A stretch of DNA of 64,000 nt from Paraspadella gotoi (lineage: Eukaryota; Animalia; Chaetognatha). Shown here in pieces: positions 63,751 to 64,000 of this stretch (position 1 is its first letter; each line of letters opens with the position of its first letter). The notes under the pieces are model-generated. The model was not told the origin of the DNA and did not search any database. It saw nothing but the letters and a program-made list of their open reading frames with translations. The translations under genes were made by a program, and so were the position numbers. Location: the NCBI GenBank assembly GCA_051294375.1, contig CM119269.1, positions 1,814,537 to 1,878,536 on the forward strand, read 5' to 3'.

Positions 63751-63979
63751 ATCCGCGCGCCCTCTTCTCCTCGCCGTCCACACACGCTGCGGAACGGCCT
63801 TTCGCGGCGCCGCCTGCCACGCCCCCTGCCGCCGCGCCCTCAACGCCCTAGATCGACTTCCGGTTCCGTGGCCGCGTCGTCCCGGCAGCTGCGTTTGCGG
63901 CGACGAAGGGTCGGCGGCGGCGAGGGAGGCGTGCCGGAGAATCGCCGGAAATTTGCGGATGAGTTGTTTCGGAGCGGAG
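63751..63979 (+). CDS. GAS1: GAS1 domain 2, main exon
   Basis: Acceptor CCTCAG (phase 2) and donor GAG|GTGAGA. RCGTAFRGAACHAPCRRALNALDRLP...SCVCGDEG...ACRRIAGNLRMSCFGAE parallels vertebrate GAS1 YCGKVFNGLRCTDECR...DCVCDG...ICESVKENMARLCFGAE (recalled). Confidence 0.88.
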
Positions 63980-64000
63980 GTGAGAGAGAGATAAAGAGAG

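Overview
AT-rich, microsatellite-laden invertebrate animal genomic DNA from a gappy draft assembly. It has many N gaps and indel-rich duplicated blocks that look like long-read gap fill. Most ORFs in the supplied track are microsatellite noise; the real genes must be assembled from GT-AG exons. (1) A large + strand multi-exon gene runs from at least 21509 to beyond 63979. Its phase-compatible exons spell a Ser/Thr-rich region, a Frizzled-type cysteine-rich domain (FZ/CRD), an acidic linker and two GDNF-receptor/GAS1 domains. This apparent FZ-CRD-GAS1 fusion is the main candidate novelty. (2) Two tandem, compact DEG/ENaC channel paralogues are nested antisense in the ~26-kb intron that splits GAS1 domain 1; one is intact and one is frameshifted. 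(3) An intronless 768-aa XK-related (scramblase-like) membrane protein lies at 11316-13622. Mobile DNA includes a Chapaev-type foldback element with a 4-bp TSD, a TA-flanked Tc1/mariner-type MITE carrying a SINE, a Penelope-like remnant with a hammerhead ribozyme core, Helentron/DINE-1-like elements and tRNA-derived SINEs. There are several minisatellites, including a hairpin-core/(CT)n array. No CRISPR, rRNA or intact tRNA was found. Reference motifs are quoted from memory, not from database searches.
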